A DNA stretch of 64,000 bases from Octopus vulgaris (Eukaryota). A program made the position numbers and the translations under genes. The number at the start of each line of letters is the position of its first letter. Within the stretch, counting starts at the first letter, position 1. The stretch covers positions 61,690,001-61,754,000 of the forward strand of contig OX597826.1 in assembly GCA_951406725.2 (NCBI GenBank), read 5' to 3'. A model generated the notes under the pieces. It was not told the DNA's origin and did not search any database. It was given only the letters and a program-made list of their open reading frames with translations. Of the stretch, positions 27,219 to 42,079 are shown one piece after another.

Positions 27219-27670
27219 GCACACAACAAAATAAATATACATATGAATTTATATAAATAAATGAATAAAATTACATGTAAAAGTAAAAGTGGGGAATTAT
27301 GTTTTCGTATGTGGAAGACTTAAAACGCCATTTACACACTTAATGCATCCCTGAAACGGCCGTAGATGATATCCTTTAACCCGGGTTTGTATATTTAACT
27401 TATGTAATAATATTTACCAAATTTATTTACTTCTGAATTTTTAAAATTTGAGCTCTATTCCAATAACTCGTATAAGCATCACATTTTTAATCGATTGGAA
27501 ATTTCCTTTTCAAAGCGTTTTACCTTCGATTTTTATCTCTGAAATTTTTCCCTTCTCCATTCGGTATGTGAACCCAACATACATGATACATAGCTTTCGC
27601 ATATAACATTTTCATGTAATTTATTCATTTATTTATATAAATTTATATGTATATTTATTTCTTTGTGTGC
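27219..27670. mobile_element. AT-rich element with ~60-bp terminal inverted repeats
   Basis: gcacacaacaaaataaatatacatatg... at left mirrors ...tatgtatatttatttctttgtgtgc at right. Internal GAAA-cggccg-TA. Confidence 0.7.
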
Positions 27671-27834
27671 GTATGAGGGTGTCAAGACGCCTACATTGCT
27701 AGAAATAAGAGCTAAAATGTTCTAATGCTGTAAGAAAAGCACATAAATGTATACATATATGGTCATAAGGGCTGGAATCGTCCAAAACTTCGGCTCGAGT
27801 TGGTGTTTTGGACGATTGAAGCCCCTGTGAGCGT

Positions 27835-28642
27835 ATATGGAGAAACCGGAATTTTACAGTGTTTTATTCACTTAGTTTTACATGTTTACCCTTTTATCGC
27901 CTTCAAAGTATTCTCCATTTGAAGCAATGCATGGATCCTGACGCGTTTTCCACTGTTCTTGCTAAGTGATGCCTTTTAACGCTTCCATCTTTTCTTTCTT
28001 CACCTCTGAAAATTCCGTTCAACTTCCAACTTCTCTTTCAGTACATGACACGCATTCAGTTGTGACTGTTTTTAATCTCCCGTGAGCAAGCGAGGCACAA
28101 ATTTTGCTCCAATTCGTTTCGTTCGCAATTCCTTGCTCGAATTTCGTTAGCAGGAGCTCCAGGACACACCACTCATATCAACAAGTTCGTCAATTTTTCA
28201 GTAATGGTCTTCCAAGGTCAGTTCATGAATTTGCATGAAGCTTTCATTCGTTCGGGAGGTCGAATTTCGCCCTGAAACGGGTTGGTCTTCAAGTAACACT
28301 GACCATTCCTAAAGTGTGAAAACCACTTGTAAAACATGCGTTTTGCTCATAGAATCGTCATTGTGAACTGTTAGAAGCATGAGAACTGTTTCAGCCGCTG
28401 TTTTCCTCAACAGAAAAAATTTCACGGAACCACGCTGTTCCTTCGTTTCAGCCATTGAAAAATCGACGAACAGAGGAGAATCATTGCAAAGCAAAGACGC
28501 GATACGTGGCAGTAGGGCTACATTCGAAGACGCCAGTCGGCATACTGATATCTAAGGATCGCATCAAGTAGCTTCTAGCGGCGAAAGCCTGAACTACAAC
28601 GGGTTTGTCCCACAGAGAACGTTTCCGGTTATTTTGGGTATA
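27835..28642 (-). mobile_element. Degraded, internally deleted mariner element
   Basis: N-terminus MAETKEQRGSVKF...KTAAET and C-terminus CIASNGEYFEGD. Partial TIRs containing aaccggaa at both ends. Confidence 0.8.
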
Positions 28643-29380
28643 TGAAACCGTACACAAAGACCTTGTTAAAATTGAAGCAATGTGAAATAAAATACGAAAA
28701 TGAACTACAAAATGTAGACAGAACAGCTCAGAGTTTTCGTTGTATTTCAAAACAGGTAAACTTGTTGTTCTGTTGTTCTGTTGTTCTGTTGTTCTGTTGT
28801 TCTTTCTTTGCTTTCCAGTTAATTTCAGGATTGCATTTTGCGTTGTACTGGCATTAACATGCTTTTGTCTAATTTAACATGTCATGATGCTTCAGCCATG
28901 TTCATCTGTGGTTACACACGCGCGTGCGCACACACACACATAAACACAGACGCAAAAAACACGCATATATATATATATATATGTATGTATATATACACAC
29001 ACTGTGTATATATATATATGTACATATATATATATATAAACATATATATACATATATATATATATATATGTATCCTCTTGGGCTTATATATATATATATG
29101 GAGGAAAATTTTTATAAGTACTTAGCCTACAGAGATAAATATACGGATGAATATATAGATACATTTATAAATACTTATACATACTCGCACACACACACAC
29201 GCATATATACTGACGTATATACATGTGTATATCTATTTATCCATCTAACTATCTATCTACATGTCTCTCTCTCTCTATCTCTTTATATATATATGTATAT
29301 ATACATCTACATATATATAATATAGATATAATTATGCATATATTAATATAGTATATACACACACACACACACACACACAT

Positions 29381-29411
<31 letters not shown>

Positions 29412-29517
29412 CATATACGTATATATCAGCTGATTAGACTATGTATATATTTTTGTTTTTATATACCTGTGTTATGACATGTATTTACGCAGATCTCTAT
29501 CTCTCTTTGTCTCTGTA

Positions 29518-29580
<63 letters not shown>

Positions 29581-29972
29581 GTATATATACATATACACGC
29601 ATCATGCACTCACACATTCATGCGCTCACACACACACACACACAGAAGTGCACACACATGATTGTATGATTTTAATTACGTGTCTCAAGTCAATTATTCG
29701 GTTTGTTTCTCTGATTCTAAATACAGGAAATTTTTATGTTCCCTTTCTTGTTTCTATAATAAAAATTTCCGAATCATTGTTGCTTGGAGAAGTTTACGAA
29801 GCCAAAAAATATAATTTAACAAAAAAAAAAAAACCTTCTAAAACACCACCGAAAATACAGAAGTATTAGAAATAAAAGCACGAACAACATTTAATGAAAA
29901 AAACAAACTCTAACAAAAATGTAGACACCTCAAAGAAGAGGACGAGTAATGAATACACTAATGATAATGATG

Positions 29973-30012
<40 letters not shown>

Positions 30013-30429
30013 CAATGATGACAACAACAACAACAACAATAATACTGAAGACAAGCTGTCACTGAGAATTGCATGCATTTCATTTGTACTTAGTTCCTCA
30101 CCCCGATTCTCGATAATAATTTGATTGGGCAAAAGACCAACATCTTGGAAGGTGAGAGTAATAATCGATTGAAATTTAATTAATTTGTACGTGAATGAAT
30201 CTTCCCGGCTCATTGTGTTTGTCTTTGATTCCGGATTCTGGATTCCGGATGAGAGACAAATTTGTAGTTGGATGGGTCACTGAATATCCTCATTCATCGA
30301 ATAGTTCTAAAGTTCTGGTAGCTATTCTCCACAGGATGGGGTTCGAAATGGAATCTAAAAAAACAAAATTGGTCTAGAATCTACACATATGCACGCACAT
30401 ATGTATACATATACATACACATACATATA

Positions 30430-30735
30430 TCATCATCATCATCATTGTTCGACCGTGGTCGAGACAATGGAATTTACCATGCTACGCCAGACTTCACGGT
30501 CCATCATGGCATTACGGAGGTCCTGTTGCTGGATGCCTGTATCCCTGGAGATTACATCAGGGTAGGAGAGTGTGCGCCCCCTGCTATTGCGAGTAGATGG
30601 GTTCCAGAGGAGAAGAGTAGAAATTATTTCTTTTTCAGCTCTACAACAATGTTCAGCAAACTGGACTCTCCTACCTTTCTCAAGAGATGACACAGGTGGT
30701 AGTTTCCCATATATTTGCATTTTGGTTGGATGACT
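30430..30735 (-). mobile_element. RTE-like LINE 3' fragment with (GAT)n tail
   Basis: IYGKLPPVS...RRVQFAEHCCR...LLLW...MMDREVWR, ending in tgatgatgatg. Confidence 0.8.
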
Positions 30736-31079
30736 AAAATCTCGGTTACCACCTCAGTGGAACTTCATGTAGGAACCTGGTTACCATAACGTTCAAATAA
30801 TGGAGTAAAAGTTATATCATTCAATTAGCCAAAGGATGTGAAACACTACTTCGATCATTTCTTAAAGAAACACTTCGCCAATCCCAGCGAAGGTATGTCA
30901 TATCCTTCATAGACTCATAAAGCGAATAACAGTACTTTTAATTGAAGAAAAGAGAAGTCAAACGAATGTCACGTTCGTTTTCGAAACATATGTTTGTGTG
31001 TGTTATTTTGTTTGTATGTGTGTGTATATGTATATATATAAATATGAATATACATATATACATACATATATATACATAA

Positions 31080-31164
<85 letters not shown>

Positions 31165-31203
31165 TGAGAAAGTTGGTGTGTGAAAGCACGTGGTTGAATA
31201 TAT

Positions 31204-31385
31204 AGAAAATAGTAAAAAGTGAAAAAACTACAGAAGGCTTGTTTTAAAAGGTTAAAAAATATATATTTGTGTCATTATGTCTGAAGAATGTTATAAATTT
31301 ATAACATTCTTCAGACATAATGACTCAAATATATATTTTTTAACCTTTTAAAACAAGCCTTCTGTAGTTTTTTCACTTTTTACTA

Positions 31386-31391
<6 letters not shown>
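31204..31391. repeat. 188-bp loopless palindrome
   Basis: Symmetry axis 31297|31298 (gaatgttataaa|tttataacattc). One mismatch seen. Confidence 0.95.
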
Positions 31392-31454
<63 letters not shown>

Positions 31455-31722
31455 ATTCAGTTGAATAAGGTACTGAAAGCACCTGGTTAAATCGGAGTAA
31501 GATGCACACTCCACAATTTTTAGATGAATACCAACCTTGGTACAGAAGTATTGGTAGAATGATATTCGGGTAATGTATGCAGTTAATTGAACTCAACTGA
31601 GTATATAATGCGCTCATGAGTTATTCAGACATGTACATTTTATTAAATATACAGTCTATGATATAATTGGGAATATATATGAGTGGTATGTTTCGAGATA
31701 GGTGAATTAAAAATAAATGGAA

Positions 31723-32050
31723 ATGGAAGCACTCCGTCGGTTACGACGATGAGGGTTCCGGTTGATCCGAATCAACGGAACAGCCTGCTCGTGAAATTAA
31801 CGTGTAAGTGGCTGAGCACTCCACAGACACGTGTACCCTTAACGTAGTTCTCGGGGATATTCAGCGTGACACAGAGAGTGACAAGGCCGGCCCTTTGAAA
31901 TACAGGTACAACAGAAACAGGAAGTAAGAGTGAGAGAAGCTTTTAGGTGTTTTCGCTCAATAAACACTCACAACGCCCGGTCTGGGAATCGAAACCGCGA
32001 TCCTATGACCGCGAGTCCGCTGCCCTAACCACTGGGCCATTGCGCCTCCA
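31723..32050 (-). mobile_element. tRNA-derived SINE, family C (tail T1)
   Basis: Head ggaggcgcaatggcccagtggttaggg...gtttcgattcccagacc. TSD-like ttaaaaataaat. Near-identical to 57264 apart from an internal deletion. Confidence 0.9.
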
Positions 32051-32086
32051 CGTTAAAAATAAATAACAATTGATGGACAGGTGTCA

Positions 32087-32158
32087 ATTCATTACAGCCA
32101 TTTCTTTGGTCATTGAGGACATTATATCATTATGAAAAACCGGTTTCTTCAGATGAAT
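32087..32158 (-). ncRNA. Hammerhead-like motif
   Basis: Minus strand: attcat CTGAAGA a ... a GAAA tggctg TA atgaat. Perfect 6-bp stem I and intact core; stem II pairs poorly. Confidence 0.5.
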
Positions 32159-32469
32159 ACATGCATTTTACAATCAAGGATATTTAAAATAATTTTAAAT
32201 CCACGGCACATACATATTTAGCGATTCTGCGACTGGCTCTTGCCGCAGAATGAGCTTAACCTAAACAATGTACAATCAAATGGCTTAGTGGGAGGTGGCA
32301 ACATTAAGACACAGATCGGGGTATATTTCAGAATTTATTGCCTTAATAGGGTTAGTTGGCTTGGTAGTGAGTAGAAAGAGTCAAAGAATTCCAAGTGTCC
32401 ACTCTCAACAATAAAGAAAGAGGAGGTTCTATTTATCTAATGCACATACATATACACTTACTTACACGC

Positions 32470-32501
<32 letters not shown>

Positions 32502-32510
32502 ATGTGTGGA

Positions 32511-32553
<43 letters not shown>

Positions 32554-32703
32554 GTTATCTGCAGTACTGATGAGTAACCTGAAATATTGTACGCAAATAT
32601 ATGCAAATAAGCCTTTGTTCTGTATATGACGATGATGGTGATGGTTATCAGGATGATGATGGGAATAATGTTCATCATCGTTATCATCATCATCATCATC
32701 ATC

Positions 32704-32765
<62 letters not shown>

Positions 32766-33728
32766 CATCATTATTATTATCATTATCATCATCATCATCA
32801 TCATTATTATTATTATCATTATTATTATTAATCATCATTATTATCATTATTATCATTGCTTGTATTATTTGATATGAACGAATATCTTTCTATACAAGAT
32901 ATTCTCTTCGGTGATTATCTTCTGAAAAATGTAATTTTGTTTCCTTTCATAACGAAAAAATGTCCTAACATTTGATCGTCTCATCCGCTGCCTGAGGTAG
33001 AGCAAAGCCGCGTGTTTTTATATTCTAAAAGCTATTTACAAATTTTGGTGTTTGTCACGTTCCCACTTTACAGAATGACTTCTTCAGTAATGCAAAGAAG
33101 AAATGATTAGTTACATGGCGGTAACAGGCGTGTAATTACCCTTGCTCCCAAATTTTTGATAAAATAAAACCAGTTCAAATTGAATTGGACACTTATCCAC
33201 CCTTTGAAGAATTCACAAAAAGGATAGTGTTGGAAAAAATTTAAATAAAATAAACTACTGGCTAACAACTGTGCCATCATCAGCAGTAACACTCAATCAT
33301 GTGCTATCATTGAGGAACAAAAGTTTGTTCATGACTTACAACAGCTCAAAAACGTGAAAAGAAGCGTGGCAGTACAGTTACAAGGGGCAGTGCCGCTTTG
33401 TCCGACAAATTTATTTCAGAAACGAAGAGATGAGTTCTGGTATACCACTGGATATAAAAGAATGAACCAAGGAAATTCCATGTCAATAGAAAAGATGTGA
33501 CCAAATAGTTGTAATAGATGTGTTCTGTATTGAAGCCTGCTTCAGGATTTTAGGACCAAAAACAAGACGAGATATAGGTAGCGCTAAGGATTTATAAACT
33601 TGGCCAAATGTTTATAAAACTAGAATAGCTGGACAAGACAACTTTACAGCACTTAAGAAGCCATTATATTGCAAATGTATCAAAAATCTGCAACAACGAA
33701 TGTTTGTCTTCAATATATGTACAGTCAG

Positions 33729-33914
33729 AGGCGGCGAGCTGGCAGAAACATTAGCACGCCGGGCGAAATGCTTAGCGGTATTTCGTCTGCCGCTACGTTC
33801 TGAGTTCAAATTCCACCGAGGTCAACAAATTAAGTACCAGTTGCGTACTGGGGTCGATCCAATCGAATGGCTCCCTTCCCCAAAATTTCGGGCCTTGTGC
33901 ATAGAGTAGAAAAG
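33729..33914 (+). mobile_element. SINE family A with 17-bp TSD
   Basis: Same head and tail as 3633, with a core deletion. TSD aatatatgtacagtcag. Confidence 0.9.
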
Positions 33915-34894
33915 AATATATGTACAGTCAGCCTACAATTTCTGCTATCAGCACAAACAAAGATTTTAATACACAAAAAAAAGACAAATTCTATCATTGA
34001 AATTAACTAATTAACGAAATAACTAAAACAGATAACAATCGAAAAAATATGTACAGTTTAGTAATTTAATTCCAGGGATAATTTCCGAAAGGAAAAATAA
34101 TCCAAATTACGATAAATAACATCTGTATCTGATTCTAACGTTTACAACTGAAACGAGAGAGTAAGTGCTTTGATAAATGCAACTCACTTGTAGTGTCTTC
34201 AAACTATATAAGAACAGAGTTAAATTCTGAAACAGAATATCAAGGCCGAAGCGTTTTATGCAGTCCGTTTGAAGATAGGATCACATGTTAGTCGTATGGC
34301 TCTTATGAGCTGCATCAGAATATTCTTAAGACATGATAAGAATACATACATACATTGGACAATGTGCAAATAAGTGAAAGCCTCAACGTTTGAAAAATGA
34401 TGTAAGAATGTTTTGGAAAGTGTAGTAGAATGTGAAAATAACGTGATTCTCTAAGATATACTGGAACATAAAGACAAAGAAATACGAATAAGATATCGTT
34501 ATAAAAGACAAGGACTTGTAAACTATTGGATGAGGTTTGCCAAATGACGGAAACCGCTAAGTAAACAAGGAAGAAAAACTCTGTAAATATAAAAATCTGA
34601 CGATGAAAATAAAGAAAAAGTGAAATACACACACATGAATAAACCCAGGTACTATAGAAAAAATAACACTTGCCAAATCTATTCTATTTAGACTTAAGGA
34701 AAGACACTGATAGGGATAAGTATGTTTACTCTTTGCAAAGAAATAATAAAATTAATAATAATAATAATCATAAAATGAAAACATTATTGGTAAAAAACAT
34801 CTTGAAAATTTCGAAGAAGGTTTGAATGAAAGGAATAAAAAGATAACGTAGATGGTTAATGATGATGATGATGATGTTAATAATAATAATAATG

Positions 34895-34937
<43 letters not shown>

Positions 34938-35639
34938 TAATAATAATAATGATAATAATAAGCAGAAAGAGGAAGAGAAAAAGGAGGAGAGAAGAAGGAG
35001 AAAGGTAAAATCAGTAGAAGCAAAAACATGACATTAAAAAGCATTTGAAAAAGTAAGAAAAAAATAGAAAGCTCTCGAGAAAGGAAAATTCATTGGAAGG
35101 GGAGAGATAAAGAGAGTGAGAGAGAGAGAGAGAGAAAGAAAGAGAGAGAGAGAGGGAGAGAGAAAGGAAGTGAGAGAGGGAGAGAGAAAGGAAGAGAGAC
35201 ACACAATGAAAGGAAGAAAGAGACAGATAAAGAAAGAGAGAGAATGAAAGCCTGAGAGAATGGAGTGGACAAAGAGACACATTAAAGCAAATAGCTTAAA
35301 AAAACACATTTAATAAGCTTATCTGTTTTTCTCTTCACTTTTCTTGCTTGTATCTAAGTGAAAAATACTAAATGCATGTGTATGAGCCTGTGTATATGTT
35401 TAAATATATACGTGTGTATACACACATACAAATACACATACACGCACGCACACACACAATTTTATATATATATATATATATACATGATACACACACACAC
35501 ATATATATGTATATATATATGTATATATATATATATATATTACTTTATGCGCATGTACACAAATACAAAAATATACATGCATATATATACAATTACTCGT
35601 ATATGCATATTTAAGTATATATATATATCTTCGTGTGTT

Positions 35640-35704
<65 letters not shown>

Positions 35705-35777
35705 ATAAGTATATATATTTATTTCTACATCTATAACTATATCTACTTGTATATATATGACGTATATATAAATAAAT

Positions 35778-35837
<60 letters not shown>

Positions 35838-36063
35838 GTATGTTTATATATATTCATGTATGTAAAAGCACACACACACACGAGCACGTGTAAAATAAAA
35901 CGCAACATAAATAAAATAAAGAAACAATCCTCAGAAACAGTCTTTATTTCTGAAAAATGTTATAAGTTTACGTAATTTGTTTAAACATAGTTCATCTTTC
36001 AAGTTCTCTCTCTCTCTTTCTCTCTCTCTGTATATCTGTATATACACATACATACATACGTAT

Positions 36064-36096
<33 letters not shown>

Positions 36097-36329
36097 CATA
36101 CATATATATATAAATATGTATGTTGATACACACAATGGCACACACTCATATATACTCGCACACACGCACGCACACATGCATACATACATATACATACACA
36201 CACGTGTATGTGAGAGTGTGTGTGTATGAACATACATACATAAATATACATGTGTGTATATATATATATATATATATATGTATATGTCTATATATATATA
36301 TATATATACATACATACACACACACATAC

Positions 36330-36387
<58 letters not shown>

Positions 36388-36489
36388 AGATAGACTCCTC
36401 TATTTATTCTAAAATAGTTCTGAACACATGAATAAACTCAATTACATATGCATATTTCAGTTAAACTCTTTCTCTCTTTCTCTCTCATT

Positions 36490-36585
<96 letters not shown>

Positions 36586-37836
36586 ATATCTCTCTATCTA
36601 TCTACCTATCTCTCTCTATGCTCCACACATACACTCGCACATTCACGCACATTCACGCACATTCTATGCTCCACACATACACACACACTCACACACACAT
36701 TTATGTAATGATAAGGAGAGAGAAAATAATGGAACGTGAATAGAAAGACAGCGAAAAACAGAGAAAAACAAACAGATATATTTTTTATGAAACACTCCAC
36801 AATGGATATAATATAAATATACATGTATCAGGGTACATAGTAAAAAATTTACACGGATTTTATTTAAGTTTGAAAATTTGAATATATTCAAACACAAGAC
36901 AGATTTAAGAAATATATAAACGCATATGCAAATATAAATATATTTTGTATATAGAGATAAGTGTACGCAACGTAGTTTTCCTTCGTGTGTCTATGTGTGT
37001 GTGTGTGTTCACTTGAGATTTTCCAAGGCTATTAGTGTGTATGAACGCAGATCTCACACAACAAATAATAAAGAACATACGCACGCACACACACACGCAC
37101 AAAACACCTCCACACATACACACAGTCGTTCATACCCCCCACATGCACATATGTACACACACACACACACACATATATATATACATATATCATAACAATA
37201 TTAAGTGTAGTAAGCGCAAGAAATGTAATTCACAGAGAAAGTTGTGAATACAATTAAAGGTTGTAGTCCAGTTAATCCCCACATCTGTTTCGAATAATCG
37301 ATGACTAATACCGGTGTCAGCAGGTTGGTAACCCTCATCCAACGCGTAGCACACATAATACGAAGAATAGGAGACGTCATATCCTATTGTTGGCACCTCC
37401 GCTCTCCTTTCATGTTAAATCTTTCCGAAATACTTCTTTCAAACTGCATATTTACACATAAACACCATCCCGTTTTTAAAAGATCCGCTCTTTTCTACTA
37501 CGCCTAATTTTGGATCTCTAATTTTTACTTCGAGACGACGGAAGTTCGGTCAGCTACTACGGAACACTCATAATTTCCGTCGCAAAATTCGCTATAATTA
37601 TGATTGCAATAAATTTCTTCACAATCACTTCCGTAGAATGGACAATGGTGTAGATGTTGCCGATATAACTTATAATACTATCAACAACTCCAGCAACCAT
37701 AGGGAAATCCATAGGGAATCAATACCACCAGTAATTATAGGGGCAAAAATAACCTTACACTGAAGACTGCTTGGTGGGTATAACACACTTCCTTATTTTA
37801 AGATTCAATAGCCCATTCTCTAAGTGTGTCGCATTA

Positions 37837-37900
<64 letters not shown>

Positions 37901-37903
37901 GTA

Positions 37904-37966
<63 letters not shown>

Positions 37967-37973
37967 GTATATA

Positions 37974-38064
<91 letters not shown>

Positions 38065-38065
38065 G

Positions 38066-38096
<31 letters not shown>

Positions 38097-38258
38097 TTAA
38101 ATAATGAGGGAGATAAATTGAATATTAATTTAATTAATATCAATTTAGAACCAGTAGCCTAGCATATAAAAAATCTTAAAAATTAGAAAAAATTTCATTA
38201 CATGTGTGTATGTGTGTGTATATATATTATGGATCAAAACAGTTTGATTTAAATTCGT

Positions 38259-38299
38259 TGGTACTCTTGAGTTTCAATCGTGGTGCTAATCGTCAGCCA
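38259..38299 (-). ncRNA. Hammerhead-like motif
   Basis: Minus strand: tgg CTGACGA ttagcaccacgatt GAAA ctc-aa-gag TA cca. Core and stem III intact; stem II degenerate. Confidence 0.5.
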
Positions 38300-38724
38300 T
38301 TTTGAATTTGGAAAAATATATATACATATACTCTTTTACTCTGTTATTTGTTTCAGTCATTTGACTGCGGCCATTCTAGAGCACCGCCATTACTAGAACA
38401 AGTCGACTCCACAACTTATTCTTTGTAAGTCTAGTACTTATTCTATCGGTTGTCAAACGATGATGGGGGCACAAACACAGACACACAAACATATACATAC
38501 ACACTGGTATGTATATGTCTATGCGCATATGAGCAAGTGCTTTTCTGTATGTGTGCGTATACATGTGTATGGATATGACTGAAGGTGTGTCCGTGTGAGT
38601 GTGTGCATATTACTCTGCGTGATAGAATCCAAATTGTACCAGCCAATACATATATATAAAAATTCCTTCCTAACTTGAATGTTATTAGTATCAAGTAGCA
38701 AGGCATAGCTCTCTCTCTCTATCT

Positions 38725-38850
<126 letters not shown>

Positions 38851-38856
38851 TATATA

Positions 38857-38927
<71 letters not shown>

Positions 38928-39339
38928 ATGATTCCTACGTCCTAATAATAAAAATTAATGACATAACTGTCATTTTCTTTATTGGTCTGGTGGCCTGCCG
39001 TAGTAAAATATGGAAAGACCATCTGTATAGTTGTCGCCTGTATTGTCTAGAGAAGTACCAATATGGTAACAAAAACTTAAGTAACTCAGTAAAATCTCTA
39101 ATGAAGCAAATAAATATAACAATTGGGTCTCCTTGATGAATAATATATCGTTAACATTTGAAACAACTAACTTTAACGAAGACCATTGATTTCATTTTTA
39201 TGATGAAAATAGCACCCGAGGCGCTAATTAAAATTATTATTTAGCTGAGTTTACTTTAGAATTTACTCACTTAACAGGGTGGGGCAATTAGAACAAGACG
39301 CGAGAGAGTAATGGATAAATTATCCCATGGTATTTATTG

Positions 39340-39708
39340 ACTCATCCCATAAGTAATGCGGTTTTTTATACTTCTTTTATTTTTCAAGATTAAAATAAAC
39401 AAAGTTCTCTTTTAATCTAAGATATACTCTCTTTCATTTTCTACAATACTCTTCCATCTATCCGGTAGACCTGCAAGGCTCCTGTTCCAAAATTCACTTG
39501 TCCTTGACGGAAAGTACTCCTCCGGTACTGTTCAGACACCGCCTACAGAATTCATATATTTTCCGTCCAAATGATTTTGAAGACTGCCGAATAAATCATA
39601 ACCAGATGGGGCAATGTCCGGTGAATATGGTGAATGGGGCATCGTTTCGCTTTCAAACTGTTCCAGTCTTTGGAATGTCATCCTCGCTCTATATGGTAGA
39701 GGATTATC

Positions 39709-39713
<5 letters not shown>
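39340..39713 (-). mobile_element. Mariner 3' fragment
   Basis: Minus strand HSPYSPDIAPSGYDLF...LPDRWKSIVENEREY, followed by TIR-like cccataagtaatgcg. Confidence 0.8.
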
Positions 39714-39762
<49 letters not shown>

Positions 39763-39876
39763 CATACATACATACATACACAACTGGCTATACATACATA
39801 CATACATACATACATACATACACACATACACAACTGGCTATACATACATACATACATACACACATACATACATACA

Positions 39877-39910
<34 letters not shown>

Positions 39911-39960
39911 CATACATACATACATAAATAAATGCATACATACATTATATATACAGTATA

Positions 39961-40070
39961 TACAGTATATACTTGAGTAATAGTCGATCTCATAAAAGTC
40001 GACCCCCTATTTTGGGCCCCAAAATTGTGAATTTACTATAGACCCTACATATAAGTCGACCTTAGTATTT
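39961..40070 (+). mobile_element. Terminal remnant of a TcMar (pogo/Tc2-like) DNA element
   Basis: tacagtatatacttgagtaatagtcgat...ataagtcgacc resembles the CCGTATATACTCGAGTATAAG-type terminus, with repeated aagtcgacc motifs. Confidence 0.5.
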
Positions 40071-40370
40071 CACGAACAATAGGACACTATTTGTGGGTCA
40101 AGGTATCGTATTATTCTCCACGTAGAAATAACACTGTTACAAACTTGTGCGACTACTTTACTGTAGCCTGCTTTATATGCGGAATGCTTGGTGATTATAA
40201 TGGAATGCTACCTGCGTATAGTAAAATGCAATTTAATAGCGAACACTATGCATATATTGATGGGTGCTACATAGCCATTAATATAATGTATACACAAGAT
40301 ATGCTGCAAGCTTGCATACAACTTCAAGCTCGATAAAAATATGTGTCATACACTCCTTGTTTACATTATA

Positions 40371-40687
40371 AGAAACGTGTTTCACAGACAGCACTATTGG
40401 CAAACACTGGCAAACGCCACTGTGCGAATTCGTACAATAGCACGACTTTGGTGAGCCTAAAATCATTCAATTAATCGCTAGATCAGTGGTTCCCATGCGA
40501 CTTTTATACTTTCCTCATCCCCAAATACAATAAACCCATGCATCTCGTCTGTTTATATGGTGAAGAACGTGTTTCACAGATAGTACTATCGGTGAACAGC
40601 CACAAACAACACTGTATGAATTCGTACAGATGCATGACTTGGGTAAGCCTATAGACATTTAGTTAATCGCTAGATCAGTGGTTCCCA
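40371..40687. repeat. Diverged ~125-bp direct duplication
   Basis: Both copies run aacgtgtttcacaga...gaattcgtaca...ttaatcgctagatcagtggttccca. Confidence 0.8.
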
Positions 40688-41391
40688 AACTTTATTTTGC
40701 CGTGGTAGGTGAGCTGGCTGAATTGTTAGCATGCAGGGAAAAATACTTAGCGGCATTTCGTACGCATTTCGTTCTGAGTTCAAATTCTGTCGTGGTCATC
40801 TTTGCCTTTCATCCTTTCATCCAAGAGTCATTAAAATCAGTACCCGTTGAGCACTGGGATCGATGAAATTGACTTAGCCCTTACATAGATTTGCTGGCCT
40901 TGTACCAAAATTTGAAACCAATATTAATTTCACAACTCCAGTTGCTATATCACCCATGCAACTACACTCTCCTGACAGTTAACCATGAATTTACAACATA
41001 AAAAATAGCAGTACGCTGCACTTTTAAGAGAACTAAATAATAACATAAACATTATACTATGCAGAATTTTTCTGAATAATTAACCTATTTAAGGTGAAAA
41101 CAATACTATATAAATAGAGACAACTATAGGTTGTGTTCACTCAGTGAAACAAATTGTTTATTAATAATATCTGAATAAAAATACATACAGGCAGACACAC
41201 ATGAATACGTATTTCGTTGCCAAGGACCAGCTTTCAGTTCACGCGTCCAAAGTTTGACATAATATAACAAATATCAAATGCCTAAGTAAAGTTAACAAAC
41301 TTTGTGTTTTTTGAATGGTTAACATGCGTCTTCAGTCATCTTTGTTTCAACTCGGATGAAGTCACTTACTTGGGAAGCGCACCCGACAAAC

Positions 41392-41470
<79 letters not shown>

Positions 41471-41538
41471 CTTGGAGAAGAGAAATAGAGAAATAACGCG
41501 TGCGTTCGGTCATATAGTAATATGATAAATATATATGC

Positions 41539-41598
<60 letters not shown>

Positions 41599-41697
41599 CA
41601 ATACAGATAAAGGGTGAAATATAATTAATTTAATAAAATCAACAAATTTCACCAAGTAGTATTTCGGTATGGAAAAGGACCATATTCGGTAAAAGTT

Positions 41698-42079
41698 TAT
41701 ATAATTATAACAATGAGGGTCTTTGCAACAAGTTGCGTAGACCACATACCGAAAGTATTAGAAATAGCAGCCAGAGGACTGCTATTTACTTTTACTACAA
41801 AAATATGTCTCCACAGACAACAGTATTTGTAACTCATTATGTGGCAAAAAAAGAAGAAAAATAACGAAATCAAAGAGTCCACGGTCAATTATGGACGCAC
41901 GTTTCTGTATTAGAATCAAAGATTCATTTCTTCTTTATTTTTGCCACATAATGAGTTACAAATACTGTTGTCTGTGGAGACATATTTTTGTAGTAAAAGG
42001 AAATAGCAGTCCTCTGGCTGCTATTTCTAATACTCTCGGTATGTGGTCTAGCAACTTGTTGCAAAGACCCTCATTGTTA

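Noticed and set aside
32560-32595. CTGATGA gtaacct GAAA as another hammerhead
   Set aside because: Almost no stem II, and the cleavage site would be UG. Too weak to call.
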